Origin: Candidatus Zambryskiibacteriota bacterium
GTDB taxonomy: Bacteria; Patescibacteriota; Minisyncoccia; Phycocordibacterales; WO2-35-19
Assembly: GCA_003233455.1 (NCBI GenBank)
Contig: QILQ01000012.1
Location: 4,441 to 68,440, forward strand
Length of the DNA stretch: 64,000 nt
Reading direction: 5' to 3'
Shown in pieces: positions 48,711-58,532 of this stretch (its first letter is position 1; the number at the start of each line of letters is the position of its first letter). A model generated the notes under the pieces. The model was not told the origin of the DNA. It made no database searches and saw nothing but the letters and a program-made list of their open reading frames with translations. The position numbers and the translations under genes are program-made.

Positions 48711-51131
48711 ATGTCAAGTAAAAATGTGAATAAAAAAGAAAAGAAGAAACTAGTATTGCTTGATGCACACGCTATTATTCATCGGGCTTATCACGCCATA
48801 CCTGATTTTGCGACCAGTAGGGGTGAGCCGACTGGAGCTTTATATGGGTTGATTTTAATGATTTTGAAAATAGCGACGGATTTGAAACCGGATTATATTG
48901 TGGCTTGCTATGATTTACCAAAACCAACTTATAGGCACGAAGTTTATGAAGGATATAAAGCAGGTAGAGCAAAGACTGATAATGATTTAGTGGAACAGCT
49001 TGAAAAATCAAAACAAATTTGCGAAGTTTTAAATATTCCGATGTATTCTAAAGAAGGTTTTGAAGCGGATGATATGCTTGGCACTATTGTAGAAAAAACT
49101 AAAAATGATAAATTAGATATAATTATAGCCTCTGGCGATATGGATACGATGCAGTTGGTAAAAGATGCCGATAAAAATAATGGAAATGTAAAAGTTTATA
49201 CTTTAAAAAAAGGCATTAAAGAAACTATTTTATATGATGAAAAAGAGGTTAAAGAAAGATTTGGTTTTGAACCGAAATTTTTAGTAGATTTTAAAGGATT
49301 GCGAGGAGATCCATCAGATAATATTATCGGTATAGTGGGCATAGGAGAAAAAAGCGCGACCGAATTAGTAAAAAATTTTGGCAGTATTGAAAATATTTAT
49401 AAAATTTTAAAAAAGAATCCAAAAAAACTTGAAGAAAGAGGTATCAAAAAAAGGATAATAGAACTTTTGAAAGAGGGGGAAGAAGAAGCGAAGTTTAGTA
49501 AAATGTTGGCTACCATCAGAAGAGACGCACCAATTGATTTTATTTTGCCGACTGAAAAATGGAAGGATGGTTTAGATTTGAAAAAAGCAGATAATTTATT
49601 TTCTAAATTTGAATTTAGAAAGATGGGGGAAAAATTAAGGAGTGTTTTAAATAATCGCTCAGGAAGTCCTGCTCAAAAAGTCCTCGGGTCGCACTTACAG
49701 GACTCAACCAAACTTTCCTCACAGGATTTCCTGAGTGATAATGACCTTCAAGAATTAAAAATAGCTCTTTGGGTGGTTAATTCAAATATAACTAATCCTA
49801 AAGTAGAAGATATTTTTAATTTTACTGGTGTAAATTCACTAGAAAAAAGTAAAGAAATAATTTTTGCGGAGCTTAAAAAAAGAGAAAGTGAATTTATTTT
49901 TGAGGAAATAGAAAAACCTTTACTTTCTGTAATTAAAAAAATGGAAGATAGAGGAGTTTTAATAGATGCTGAATTTTTAAAAAAATTAAATAAAAATTAT
50001 TCAAAAGATGTAAAAGAAATAGAAAAGAAAATATGGAAAGAGGCGGATACCGAGTTTAATGTGGCTTCTCCAAAACAGTTGGGAGAAATTTTATTTAATA
50101 AATTGAGTCTGACTGTTAAATATCAAAAGAAAACAAGCACTGGAGCCAAATCAACCAAAGAATCTGAATTGCTAAAAATGAAAGATTTACACCCCATAAT
50201 ACCAATGATTTTAGAATTTCGGGAGCTTTCAAAACTTGTTTCTACTTATATAGAACCTATACCTAAAATGGTGGATAATAAAAATAGATTGCATACTAAA
50301 TTTATCCAAACCGGCACCACTACCGGTCGGATGGCATCGCAAAACCCTAATTTGCAAAATATTCCCATAGGTTCAGAAAAAGGAAAAGTAATCAGAAAAG
50401 CTTTTTTGGCTCCAAAAGGATTTAAATTAGCCTCTTTTGATTATTCGCAAATAGAACTCAGAATTGCCGCTTTTCTCTCCGGTGATAAAAAATTGATTCA
50501 AATTTTTAAGTTAAACGAAGATGTCCATAGCAGTGTCGCTTCATATGTTTTTGGAGTATCAACAGAAAAAGTGGATAAAGAAATGCGTCGGAGAGCTAAA
50601 GTAATAAACTTCGGTATTCTTTATGGGATGGGGGTAAATGCTTTGATGAAAAATTTGGGCTCTGATAGAAAAACAGCTCAAGAATTTTATAATACTTATT
50701 TTGAAAAATTTGACGGTTTGGCGCGATATTTGGATTCTTCAAAAGAAGAAGTAAATAAACTTGGTTATACTAAAACATTTTTTGGTAGGCGGAGATATTT
50801 TGAAGGTATCAAATCCAAACTGTCTTTTATTCGGGCGGCGGCGGAAAGGATGGCTATTAACGCTCCGATTCAGGGAACTTCAGCTGATATTATTAAAATA
50901 GCTATGAAAAAAGTTGATGATTTTATTGTAGAAAATAAATTAGAGAAAAAAGTTTATCTTATTCTTCAAATTCACGATGAGCTTATTTATGAAATATCGG
51001 ATGATTTAATAATGGAAATAACGCCAAAAATAAAAAATATAATGCAAAATATTTTGTCTCCCGAGAAAATTTATAAAGTGCCTATTATTGTTAATTTCTC
51101 TTCGGGACAAAATTGGGGAGAATTATCTTAA
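48711..51131 (+). CDS. polA: DNA polymerase I
   Basis: LLDAHAIIHRAYHA, GDPSDNI, TGRMASQNPNLQNIP, DYSQIELR and QIHDEL. Confidence 0.97.
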   Translation: MSSKNVNKKEKKKLVLLDAHAIIHRAYHAIPDFATSRGEPTGALYGLILMILKIATDLKPDYIVACYDLPKPTYRHEVYEGYKAGRAKTDNDLVEQLEKSKQICEVLNIPMYSKEGFEADDMLGTIVEKTKNDKLDIIIASGDMDTMQLVKDADKNNGNVKVYTLKKGIKETILYDEKEVKERFGFEPKFLVDFKGLRGDPSDNIIGIVGIGEKSATELVKNFGSIENIYKILKKNPKKLEERGIKKRIIELLKEGEEEAKFSKMLATIRRDAPIDFILPTEKWKDGLDLKKADNLFSKFEFRKMGEKLRSVLNNRSGSPAQKVLGSHLQDSTKLSSQDFLSDNDLQELKIALWVVNSNITNPKVEDIFNFTGVNSLEKSKEIIFAELKKRESEFIFEEIEKPLLSVIKKMEDRGVLIDAEFLKKLNKNYSKDVKEIEKKIWKEADTEFNVASPKQLGEILFNKLSLTVKYQKKTSTGAKSTKESELLKMKDLHPIIPMILEFRELSKLVSTYIEPIPKMVDNKNRLHTKFIQTGTTTGRMASQNPNLQNIPIGSEKGKVIRKAFLAPKGFKLASFDYSQIELRIAAFLSGDKKLIQIFKLNEDVHSSVASYVFGVSTEKVDKEMRRRAKVINFGILYGMGVNALMKNLGSDRKTAQEFYNTYFEKFDGLARYLDSSKEEVNKLGYTKTFFGRRRYFEGIKSKLSFIRAAAERMAINAPIQGTSADIIKIAMKKVDDFIVENKLEKKVYLILQIHDELIYEISDDLIMEITPKIKNIMQNILSPEKIYKVPIIVNFSSGQNWGELS

Positions 51132-51157
51132 CTTTAGTCGGAAAAGTAAAAATTAAA

Positions 51158-51616
51158 ATGCTAAATTTATTTAAAGAATATGAAGGAATTTTCAATCCAG
51201 AAGTAAAAGAAGATTCTAATATAAAAGAAAAAAAAGGAAGAGTTTTTAACTATAATCCTTTTGCTTTGCAAGACGCGATAGGGGAGAAAAATATAAAAAA
51301 AACTTGGATTGAATATCAAAAACTAAAATTAGCCGGTATAGGAGCTGAAGAGATTATACATAGTATAGTAAGAAAAGTAAGAGATATGACATTTATAATA
51401 ATAGGTATCAGCAAAGAAGATTTGGGTTTAAAAGATTATCCGTATAATAAATCAAAAAGAGATGCTAAAAATTGGAAAGAATTAGAACTTAAAAATTTTT
51501 ACACCAAACTGATAATAATTTATCACCAGTCGCGGATGACTTATCCAAATGGTTATTCAATCAATCGGATTGATGAACTTGAGATAGCAATTGAAAAAAT
51601 TTTGCTTAGTATCTAA
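51158..51616 (+). CDS. hypothetical protein (possibly HolA C-terminal-like)
   Basis: FALQDAIGEKN...ELEIAIEKILL resembles the delta-subunit C-terminus. Confidence 0.45.
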   Translation: MLNLFKEYEGIFNPEVKEDSNIKEKKGRVFNYNPFALQDAIGEKNIKKTWIEYQKLKLAGIGAEEIIHSIVRKVRDMTFIIIGISKEDLGLKDYPYNKSKRDAKNWKELELKNFYTKLIIIYHQSRMTYPNGYSINRIDELEIAIEKILLSI

Positions 51617-51941
51617 ACTTAGTTATGGCTTCGTGAGTATTGATTTTTCTATAAAATAATTTACTGCAAATAAAAATAACTCTAATAAAAAATCCGGCAA
51701 TCAAGGTTTGCATAATCCAACTCGTATCTCGGATAGCGACTATAAAAAAATTAAAAGTAGAATAAATATTGTTTTTAGGTATGTTGTTTAAAACATTATG
51801 GAAAGAGATTAATAAAAAAGAAATAATAAAAAATAAAGCAAGCATAAAATAATCAGAATAATCCATAAAAATATTTTTTGCATATTCCAAATAAATGCGA
51901 GACATTACTCTTGTTTTTAGATTTAAAAAATTAGTATTCAT
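51606..51941 (-). CDS. membrane protein, candidate anti-sigma factor
   Basis: Two TMs; overlaps the sigma factor stop. Confidence 0.5.
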   Translation of the reverse strand: MNTNFLNLKTRVMSRIYLEYAKNIFMDYSDYFMLALFFIISFLLISFHNVLNNIPKNNIYSTFNFFIVAIRDTSWIMQTLIAGFFIRVIFICSKLFYRKINTHEAITKFRY

Positions 51942-52473
51942 AATTGTTGTTAAATTTTTTATATATTTCTATAAACATTTTTTTAGATCGATGAACTCTA
52001 ACTCTGGCAGTACTATTTTTTATATTTAATATTCTGGAAATTTCTTTGAATGATTTACCTAAAATATAACGTAAATTTATTATCTCGGCCGCCTTACCGC
52101 CTATTTTGTCTAATACAAATCGCGCATAATTCTGATTGTCATTAATAACATATTCTTCACTTAACATATCCGACGCATCTCCCATTTCTTCAACGAAAGT
52201 AACAGATATATTTTTATATTTATTAATTTGGTCAGCCATACAATTTTTTAAGATAGTATTAGCCCATGGTCTAAACTTACCTCCATTTATGGGAAATTTT
52301 TTACCATATTTATAAATTTTTATAAAAGTATCCTGAACCGCGTCTTCAGCGTCATCTTTTGACCTGAGAGTTTGCTCGGCGATTTTTAAAAACCTCTTAT
52401 AATGGCGGTCAAAAAGTTCGCTAAAATGGTGAGGTCTTTTATATGAAAGCTTTAATATTTCCTCGTCGCTCAT
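51931..52473 (-). CDS. ECF RNA polymerase sigma factor
   Basis: DAEDAVQDTFIKIY..FRPW; SFKEISRILNIKNSTARVRVHR. Confidence 0.9.
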   Translation of the reverse strand: MSDEEILKLSYKRPHHFSELFDRHYKRFLKIAEQTLRSKDDAEDAVQDTFIKIYKYGKKFPINGGKFRPWANTILKNCMADQINKYKNISVTFVEEMGDASDMLSEEYVINDNQNYARFVLDKIGGKAAEIINLRYILGKSFKEISRILNIKNSTARVRVHRSKKMFIEIYKKFNNNYEY

Positions 52474-52757
52474 ATTTATATGACTATTGTTTTATTAAAA
52501 ATGTTACATCGTAACTTTCATGGTTAATTGTAGGTCATAAGTGATATAGAAGCAATAATTACAAAATTATGATGTTTATACAAAAAATAAAACAACAAAA
52601 TATAGAATTTTTTCTAAAAGCGCGCCTCTCCAGAGCCCCGCCCTAGAGGGCGTTTAAAACAACAAGACAACACAATTTAAACAAAATTTAATATAAAATT
52701 CCGCGCCATTATGCCAAAAGCATACAACAAGTGCGGAGTTTTTGTTTGTGTATTTTG

Positions 52758-52830
52758 TGCGCCCAGTAGGAATTGAACCTACGACCATTTGCTTAAAAGG
52801 CAACTGCTCTACCAACTGAGCTATGGGCGC
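52758..52830 (-). tRNA. tRNA-Lys(TTT)
   Basis: Cloverleaf with anticodon loop CTTTTAA. Confidence 0.93.
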
Positions 52831-52890
52831 ATTAAAACATTGAAAATATAACACAAAATTCTCAAAAACGAAAATTATATAGTATAAATT

Positions 52891-53295
52891 TTACAAAGGC
52901 AAGTCTATGGCGAAAGCACCGGCGCCGGAGAAAAGAAGAGAAATAACAATAGCCAAAAGCATAAAATAAAAAACAAAATTTCTTTTAAGGACTTCCGGTT
53001 CTTTATATTCAATATAGCTTTCGGCAAAGACCAAAAGGCCTAAAACTAAAGCGGCTATTTGAGTATAAAATCCTAGAATAAGCATTACTCCACCTATCAT
53101 CTCAATACCTCCAAATATTTTGACTGCTAATTTAGGGTTGGGTATTTTCAAGGCGGAGAGAGAAATAATCCACCTTTCCTTTTCATTTTTGAAGGCTAAA
53201 AACCCTAGATCTATAAATATAAGACCAGCTACTAGACGCAAAATAAGTGGTGCCAGTAGCGAATAAATAAGTAACTCTGGAAATGGATTTAACAT
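52891..53295 (-). CDS. DoxX-family membrane protein
   Basis: LILRLVAG, EMIGGVMLILGFYT and GAGAFAID. Confidence 0.85.
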   Translation of the reverse strand: MLNPFPELLIYSLLAPLILRLVAGLIFIDLGFLAFKNEKERWIISLSALKIPNPKLAVKIFGGIEMIGGVMLILGFYTQIAALVLGLLVFAESYIEYKEPEVLKRNFVFYFMLLAIVISLLFSGAGAFAIDLPL

Positions 53296-53339
53296 ATAAA
53301 TATAATATACTAATATACTAATGATGCAAATGAAACAAA

Positions 53340-53935
53340 TGGCTACAAATAATACAATTGTCATATTAAATAATATACGAAGCAATCAAAATGTTGGTTC
53401 TATTTTTAGGACTGCCGATGCTGTTGGTGTTTCAAAGATAATTTTAGTTGGTTATACTCCAACGCCTACCGATAGATTTGGCAGGGAAAATAAAGGTTTG
53501 ACTAAAGCTTCTTTGGGAGCAGAGAAATTTGTAAAATGGGAGAAAATTGGGAAACTTTCTGAAGTTATTAATAAATTAAAAAATCAGAAAAATTCGTCCT
53601 CCTCACTTAGCACACATAATTTTCTTCTGAAAATTTGCTCTGCTCGGTCTCTCGACCTGCGCAAGGCACGTTCAGAGAAGAATTTTTCTGATTTTTTAAT
53701 TATAGGTATAGAACAAAATAAAAAAGCGATTGATTATAGAAAAATAAAAAATTTGAACCTTGTAACTTGTAACTCTAATCTTGCTCTGGTTTTTGGAAAT
53801 GAAGTTGATGGGCTTTCAAAAGAAGATTTAAAACTTTGCGATATGGTTGCCCAACTTCCAATGTTGGGCAAAAAAGAATCTCTCAATGTTGCTGTTTGTG
53901 CCGGCATTGTTTTGTATTCTTTAATAACTAATTGA
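53340..53935 (+). CDS. TrmH/SpoU-family RNA methyltransferase
   Basis: NVGSIFRTADA, FGNEVDG and PMLGKKESLNV; carries an in-frame palindromic insert. Confidence 0.92.
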
Positions 53936-54853
53936 ATCAACAATCAGACCTTTTTCATCGTGGAGGTCTATTTTATCATGTCTTGTTCGCCAAAGCGGTC
54001 CAAATTTATTTAAATAAATACGATATTCATTACCCGGAAAATCGGTATCACCAAGATGTTTGGCTATACAAGTATTATAATTTATTTGGGTAGTGATATA
54101 GGTTTTGCAAGCTGAGGAAACAGTATCAGGTAAGTCCCTTATAAATTCATTATCTCTGGTAACGCATCGCGGTATTCTTTCTATAATATTCAAACATTCA
54201 TCATTCCTATCATAAACGTTGGAAAATCTTGGTAAATTTTCGTCTTTTGACAGAGGACATTGTAAAGACAAACTTGGATAAAATGTCCTATTTTCTTCAA
54301 AATAACCGGTACATTTATTTGTTCGGAAAGATATACCTATAGGAGAAAAACCTTTAATTAAATAAACCCTATCTCCTTGTTGAAGGACTACATTACTTTC
54401 TGTTTTGGCAAAAGGAAATGGCAATAAAGCTGCTTGACCGATGATAGTATAATATCCGGTAACTTCACTCTTTAAATACCAGTCGGTTATTTTTAGAGTC
54501 TCATTTTTTTTGAGATTGGTAGAAAGAGAAAGATATTCTTCATTAGGATTATCTTGATAAAGTCCGGATATGTTTGACATTCTAATTTTATCGTAATAAG
54601 GAGAACGTTTGCTTCGTTTTATTTTTTTATCTAAACTTTGTTCTAATTTTTTGATGTCTTTTTTTGCTTCTTTTATATTTGCCGCTACTTCTTTATTTGA
54701 TGAATAACCTAAATTTTTATTGTTTGTTCCGATTGAAGAAATATTTTTGGAGATGTTGTTCCTATTTGTCTTGGCTTTTTTGAGCGGACTGTAAGCAAGT
54801 CCTACAAGAATAAACAAAACTAATATTATAATCAATGGTTCCTTAATATTCAT
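53921..54853 (-). CDS. membrane-anchored hypothetical protein (lamin-tail-like, Cys-rich)
   Basis: N-terminal TM; EEYL, ITDWYLK, FRTNKCTGY and DKIDLHDEKG. Confidence 0.6.
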   Translation of the reverse strand: MNIKEPLIIILVLFILVGLAYSPLKKAKTNRNNISKNISSIGTNNKNLGYSSNKEVAANIKEAKKDIKKLEQSLDKKIKRSKRSPYYDKIRMSNISGLYQDNPNEEYLSLSTNLKKNETLKITDWYLKSEVTGYYTIIGQAALLPFPFAKTESNVVLQQGDRVYLIKGFSPIGISFRTNKCTGYFEENRTFYPSLSLQCPLSKDENLPRFSNVYDRNDECLNIIERIPRCVTRDNEFIRDLPDTVSSACKTYITTQINYNTCIAKHLGDTDFPGNEYRIYLNKFGPLWRTRHDKIDLHDEKGLIVDSISY

Positions 54854-55769
54854 ATTTTATCTGGTGTTTGGAGCAAAAGTGAGCGCTTCTGCCCCTAATT
54901 ACTATTCTTTCTATTATACCCGAACAATTCCTTTTTGAACATTTTTGTCCTTTTTTACCGTAAACTTTATGAAAATTCTGAAAACCGCCTTTTTCACCAA
55001 AAACATTTCTATAATCCGATTTGGAATCGCCTCCATATTTAATTGAGAGTTTTAAAATTTTTTGCATTGCTTTAAAAATTTCCGCAAATTTCTCTTTCGG
55101 AATTTTATCGGCGAATGATAAGGGGTGAATGTCGGTTTGCCAAAGAATTTCGTCTGAATAAATGTTGCCAATACCGGCAATGGCTTTTTGGTCAAGTAAG
55201 GCGGATTTTATAGGGGTTCTCTTTTTCTTGCACATTATCTCAAAAAGTTTCTTGGCATTGAATTTCGGGTCAAGAGGGTCCGACCCGAGTTTTGATAAAG
55301 TTTTGTGTTGATGAAGTTTGGTTGTTTCAAAAATAGTAACAGAAGCAAATTTTCTCATATCAGAAAGCACTAAATGTTTATTATTTGATAAAGAAAAAAC
55401 TAGATGTATAAATTGATTGTATGAATCTTGAAGAGGTCCTTTTTTGTAATCACCAACCATTAAGTGTCCTGTCATTTTCATATGGATTATAATGGTGTAT
55501 AAAATCAAGGTTAAACCTTGGAGATTTTCAAGGTTTAACCTTGATTTTATGTGAATTAAAATATTTTTTCCTTTTTTTTCAATAGAAATAATTTTTGCTC
55601 CTACTACAATTTGTTTGAAATAATCAAAATACTTTTTATTTTTTATAGTCTGACTATTTCCGCAAGCGGTATTAACATAAAAATCAGACCAGACATCTTT
55701 AATAGTTTGTCCGATAATAGTCTTTTTTAATCCTTCAACTGTTGTATATACTTCTGGTAGTTCGGGCAT
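54843..55769 (-). CDS. mutM: formamidopyrimidine-DNA glycosylase
   Basis: MPELPEV, HMKMTG, LLDQ..AGIGNIYSDE and C-terminal zinc finger. Confidence 0.96.
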   Translation of the reverse strand: MPELPEVYTTVEGLKKTIIGQTIKDVWSDFYVNTACGNSQTIKNKKYFDYFKQIVVGAKIISIEKKGKNILIHIKSRLNLENLQGLTLILYTIIIHMKMTGHLMVGDYKKGPLQDSYNQFIHLVFSLSNNKHLVLSDMRKFASVTIFETTKLHQHKTLSKLGSDPLDPKFNAKKLFEIMCKKKRTPIKSALLDQKAIAGIGNIYSDEILWQTDIHPLSFADKIPKEKFAEIFKAMQKILKLSIKYGGDSKSDYRNVFGEKGGFQNFHKVYGKKGQKCSKRNCSGIIERIVIRGRSAHFCSKHQIKYEY

Positions 55770-55827
55770 AACTTAAAGATACAAATTTACTAATGATACT
55801 AATAATACAAATGACTACAAATTAAAA

Positions 55828-56109
55828 TTACAATCCTAATCTTTTTTTGGCAATTTCATAAACTTCTTTTCGGTGACCCATAACTTGGATTCTCACTTCT
55901 TTTCCAATAATTTCATAAATAATTCTGTAATCCCCAATTCTCAACCTCCAATATCCTCTAAGATTAGAACGTAGTGGTATACCGTAAATTTCTGGATGAA
56001 ATGATAGTTTTTTGTAACCTTTTAATAAAAGTTTTTTGGATATAGTTCCTAATCTTGGTAGGTCAATGTGCAGAACTTTTGGGTGATAATTTATTTGATA
56101 TGTTTCCAT
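55828..56109 (-). CDS. RelE/ParE-family toxin
   Basis: LRGYWRLRIGDYRIIYEI..GHRKEVY. Confidence 0.9.
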   Translation of the reverse strand: METYQINYHPKVLHIDLPRLGTISKKLLLKGYKKLSFHPEIYGIPLRSNLRGYWRLRIGDYRIIYEIIGKEVRIQVMGHRKEVYEIAKKRLGL

Positions 56110-56324
56110 ACTTCTTCATGGGGGATATATTTCACATTCTTTTCTTTAGATCTTTTGTCTGCTATCTCAGCCCAAACAAGATCTTCCTCAAATTCTAAAG
56201 CTTGCTTCACCAACTCCCTAACTTTAGCTGATGTGGGCATGTGATCTCTTTTGGCAAGTTGCTTGATAGCCCAACCTGTGTCTTTATCAACAGTTATGTT
56301 TATTCTTTGTTTTGTGGTGGGCAT
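56091..56324 (-). CDS. RHH antitoxin
   Basis: MPTTKQRINITVD...HEEVW; upstream of the toxin. Confidence 0.8.
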   Translation of the reverse strand: MPTTKQRINITVDKDTGWAIKQLAKRDHMPTSAKVRELVKQALEFEEDLVWAEIADKRSKEKNVKYIPHEEVWKHIK

Positions 56325-56397
56325 AATGTTTTTATTATAAATTTATAATAATTTAAGTGTATCAAAAGTGTAACACTTGTCAATTTGACAATTTTCC

Positions 56398-57816
56398 TTA
56401 TTTAAAAATTTTCTTTAATTCTTCACGAACTACTGTGGCGTCATCCCATTCTTGTTTAGTTCCATTTGGACCCATAATATAAGGGTCGGTACCTTTGCCG
56501 GTAATTAAAACAACCACTTTTTTATTTGAACCTTCTTTATTTGTAAAATCTACAGCTTTTTTGATGGCGGTATTTATAGCTCTTCTTCTGTCCATAATTA
56601 TTTCAACTGGTTTATTTTTTATTCCTTCTTTTATCTCTTCTACAATCTTTTTAGGGTCTTCGTTATAAGGGTCCTCATTTGTTAAAATTATTTGGTCGCA
56701 ATATTTGTCAGCTATTTCTCCCATCACTTTTCTTTTCCAAGTATCTCTACCTCCGCCGGTATTTCCAAGAATACAAATAAGATGATACTTATTTTTCTCT
56801 TTTTTTGAAAGGGGATTATAAGTTTCGTAAACGGCTTTTAATGAATCTGGGGTGTGAGCATAATCAACTACTATATCAATTTGCTTGTTGGCAGGAAGGA
56901 ATTTTGATGTGTCTATTTTCTCCATTCTGCCTCTAATAAATTTTATATTCTCTAATCCTTCTTTTATTTTTTCTAGAGAAATACCTGCAAATCTAGCATA
57001 AGCGATAGCTCCAAGCATATTGGAAACATTAAAAATTCCTGGTAATTTGCTGTGAATGACAATTTTGCCAATTTGAAAAGAGGAACCTTTTTCATCAGCT
57101 TTTATAGCAATAGCATCATTAAGAGAATAAGGAACTTTATTTTTTATATTAAGCTCCAAAAATTTTTCTCCCTCTTTGTCATCGGTATTCGCTATGATCA
57201 CAGGGCCAGAAAAAGATGTCTCTGAGAAAAGTCTGGTTGAGTCCTGTAAGTGCGACCCTAGGACTTTTTGAAGAGATTTCTTTTTCTGGCCTATTAATTC
57301 CTTGGCAATAGTGAGTTTAGCTTTCAAATAATTTTCATAAGAGCCGTGTGACTCAATATGTTCCGGTGCCAAATTGGTGAAAATAAGAGCGTCTAAAAAT
57401 AAAAACTTATGTCTAAATTGAGGCACCCCTTCGGAACTTATTTCAACAATAGCGTAGCTACAGCCCGCACCAACCGCTTGTCTTAAAAATTTTTGGGTAA
57501 AAAATCTACCTCGCAAAGTCATTTTAAACATATTTCTCCATTCTTTTTCTCCAATTTTATATCTTAAAGTGCTAGCTAAAGCTGTTTTATAACCAGCTGT
57601 TTTTAAAATAGTGTTTACCAATTCTACGGTGGTAGTTTTACCTTTAGTGCCGGTAATACCAATGACGATTAATTTTTTAGCGGGGAAGCGATAAATAATC
57701 GCTCCAGTAATTGCTAAAATATAATGATAAATTGGTTGAGTGCTTCTAAATAAACTTTTTGGTATTATTTTTCTGCCAATATTCAATATTTTTTCTAGAA
57801 ATTTTGATTCTTTCAT
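56398..57816 (-). CDS. murE: UDP-N-acetylmuramyl-tripeptide synthetase
   Basis: GITGTKGKTT, EISS, FTNL..EH, GRME, VDYAHTPD and GKG. Confidence 0.93.
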   Translation of the reverse strand: MKESKFLEKILNIGRKIIPKSLFRSTQPIYHYILAITGAIIYRFPAKKLIVIGITGTKGKTTTVELVNTILKTAGYKTALASTLRYKIGEKEWRNMFKMTLRGRFFTQKFLRQAVGAGCSYAIVEISSEGVPQFRHKFLFLDALIFTNLAPEHIESHGSYENYLKAKLTIAKELIGQKKKSLQKVLGSHLQDSTRLFSETSFSGPVIIANTDDKEGEKFLELNIKNKVPYSLNDAIAIKADEKGSSFQIGKIVIHSKLPGIFNVSNMLGAIAYARFAGISLEKIKEGLENIKFIRGRMEKIDTSKFLPANKQIDIVVDYAHTPDSLKAVYETYNPLSKKEKNKYHLICILGNTGGGRDTWKRKVMGEIADKYCDQIILTNEDPYNEDPKKIVEEIKEGIKNKPVEIIMDRRRAINTAIKKAVDFTNKEGSNKKVVVLITGKGTDPYIMGPNGTKQEWDDATVVREELKKIFK

Positions 57817-57830
57817 TTTTTGCTTGTAAT

Positions 57831-58397
57831 TTATTTACCTAAATTTTTAAGAATATATTTTATTTTTTCATTGGCACCAGTTAAATCCTTTGGCAATTTT
57901 TTTATTACCGCTTGAATATCTCTTTCTCTGTAACCAAGCGATTTAAGGGCTTCAAAAACATCCACATCTTCATTTGTTCTGGAATCTCCTTTTTGAGTAG
58001 TCGCTAATTTACCATTTAATTCCAAAACAATTTTTTCCGCTATTTTTCTGCCAATGCCGGATATTTTAGTTAAGGAAGAAGTATCTCCGGTGGCCACTGC
58101 TTCTTCAATTGATTTTACTCCGGCAACGCCAAGTATAGCCAATCCAGATTTTGGACCGACTCCAGAAACGGTGATTAAAAGTTCAAAGACTCTAAGTTCT
58201 TCCTCTGTTTCAAATCCATAAAGATCTAAAGCGGTTTCTCTGACTACCGTATGAGTCCAAAAATTAGCTTCCATACCAACTTTTAATTTTTCCAAAGATG
58301 AAAGAGTGGCGTGTATAACAAAACCCATTCCGTCAACTTTTATAATGACCCGAGTCGGTTTTATATCAAATATTTTACCTGTAATGTGTCCAAACAT
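57831..58397 (-). CDS. ruvA: Holliday junction DNA-binding subunit RuvA
   Basis: VRE..LYGF, VSGVGPK, GIGRKIAEKIVLEL and ALKSLGY. Confidence 0.96.
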   Translation of the reverse strand: MFGHITGKIFDIKPTRVIIKVDGMGFVIHATLSSLEKLKVGMEANFWTHTVVRETALDLYGFETEEELRVFELLITVSGVGPKSGLAILGVAGVKSIEEAVATGDTSSLTKISGIGRKIAEKIVLELNGKLATTQKGDSRTNEDVDVFEALKSLGYRERDIQAVIKKLPKDLTGANEKIKYILKNLGK

Positions 58398-58532
58398 AAA
58401 TTATGTATTATAGGATAAGTATATCGTATTAAAGTAAAATTGAAAATTTGCGTATTTATCCATTTTCTGTTATTCTTTTGAAGTTGGTTTGAATCATAAT
58501 ACTTAATATGAAATACTTAATACTTCAATAAT

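Noticed and set aside
52654-52854. 66-aa ORF
   Set aside because: It is a translation of tRNA-Lys.
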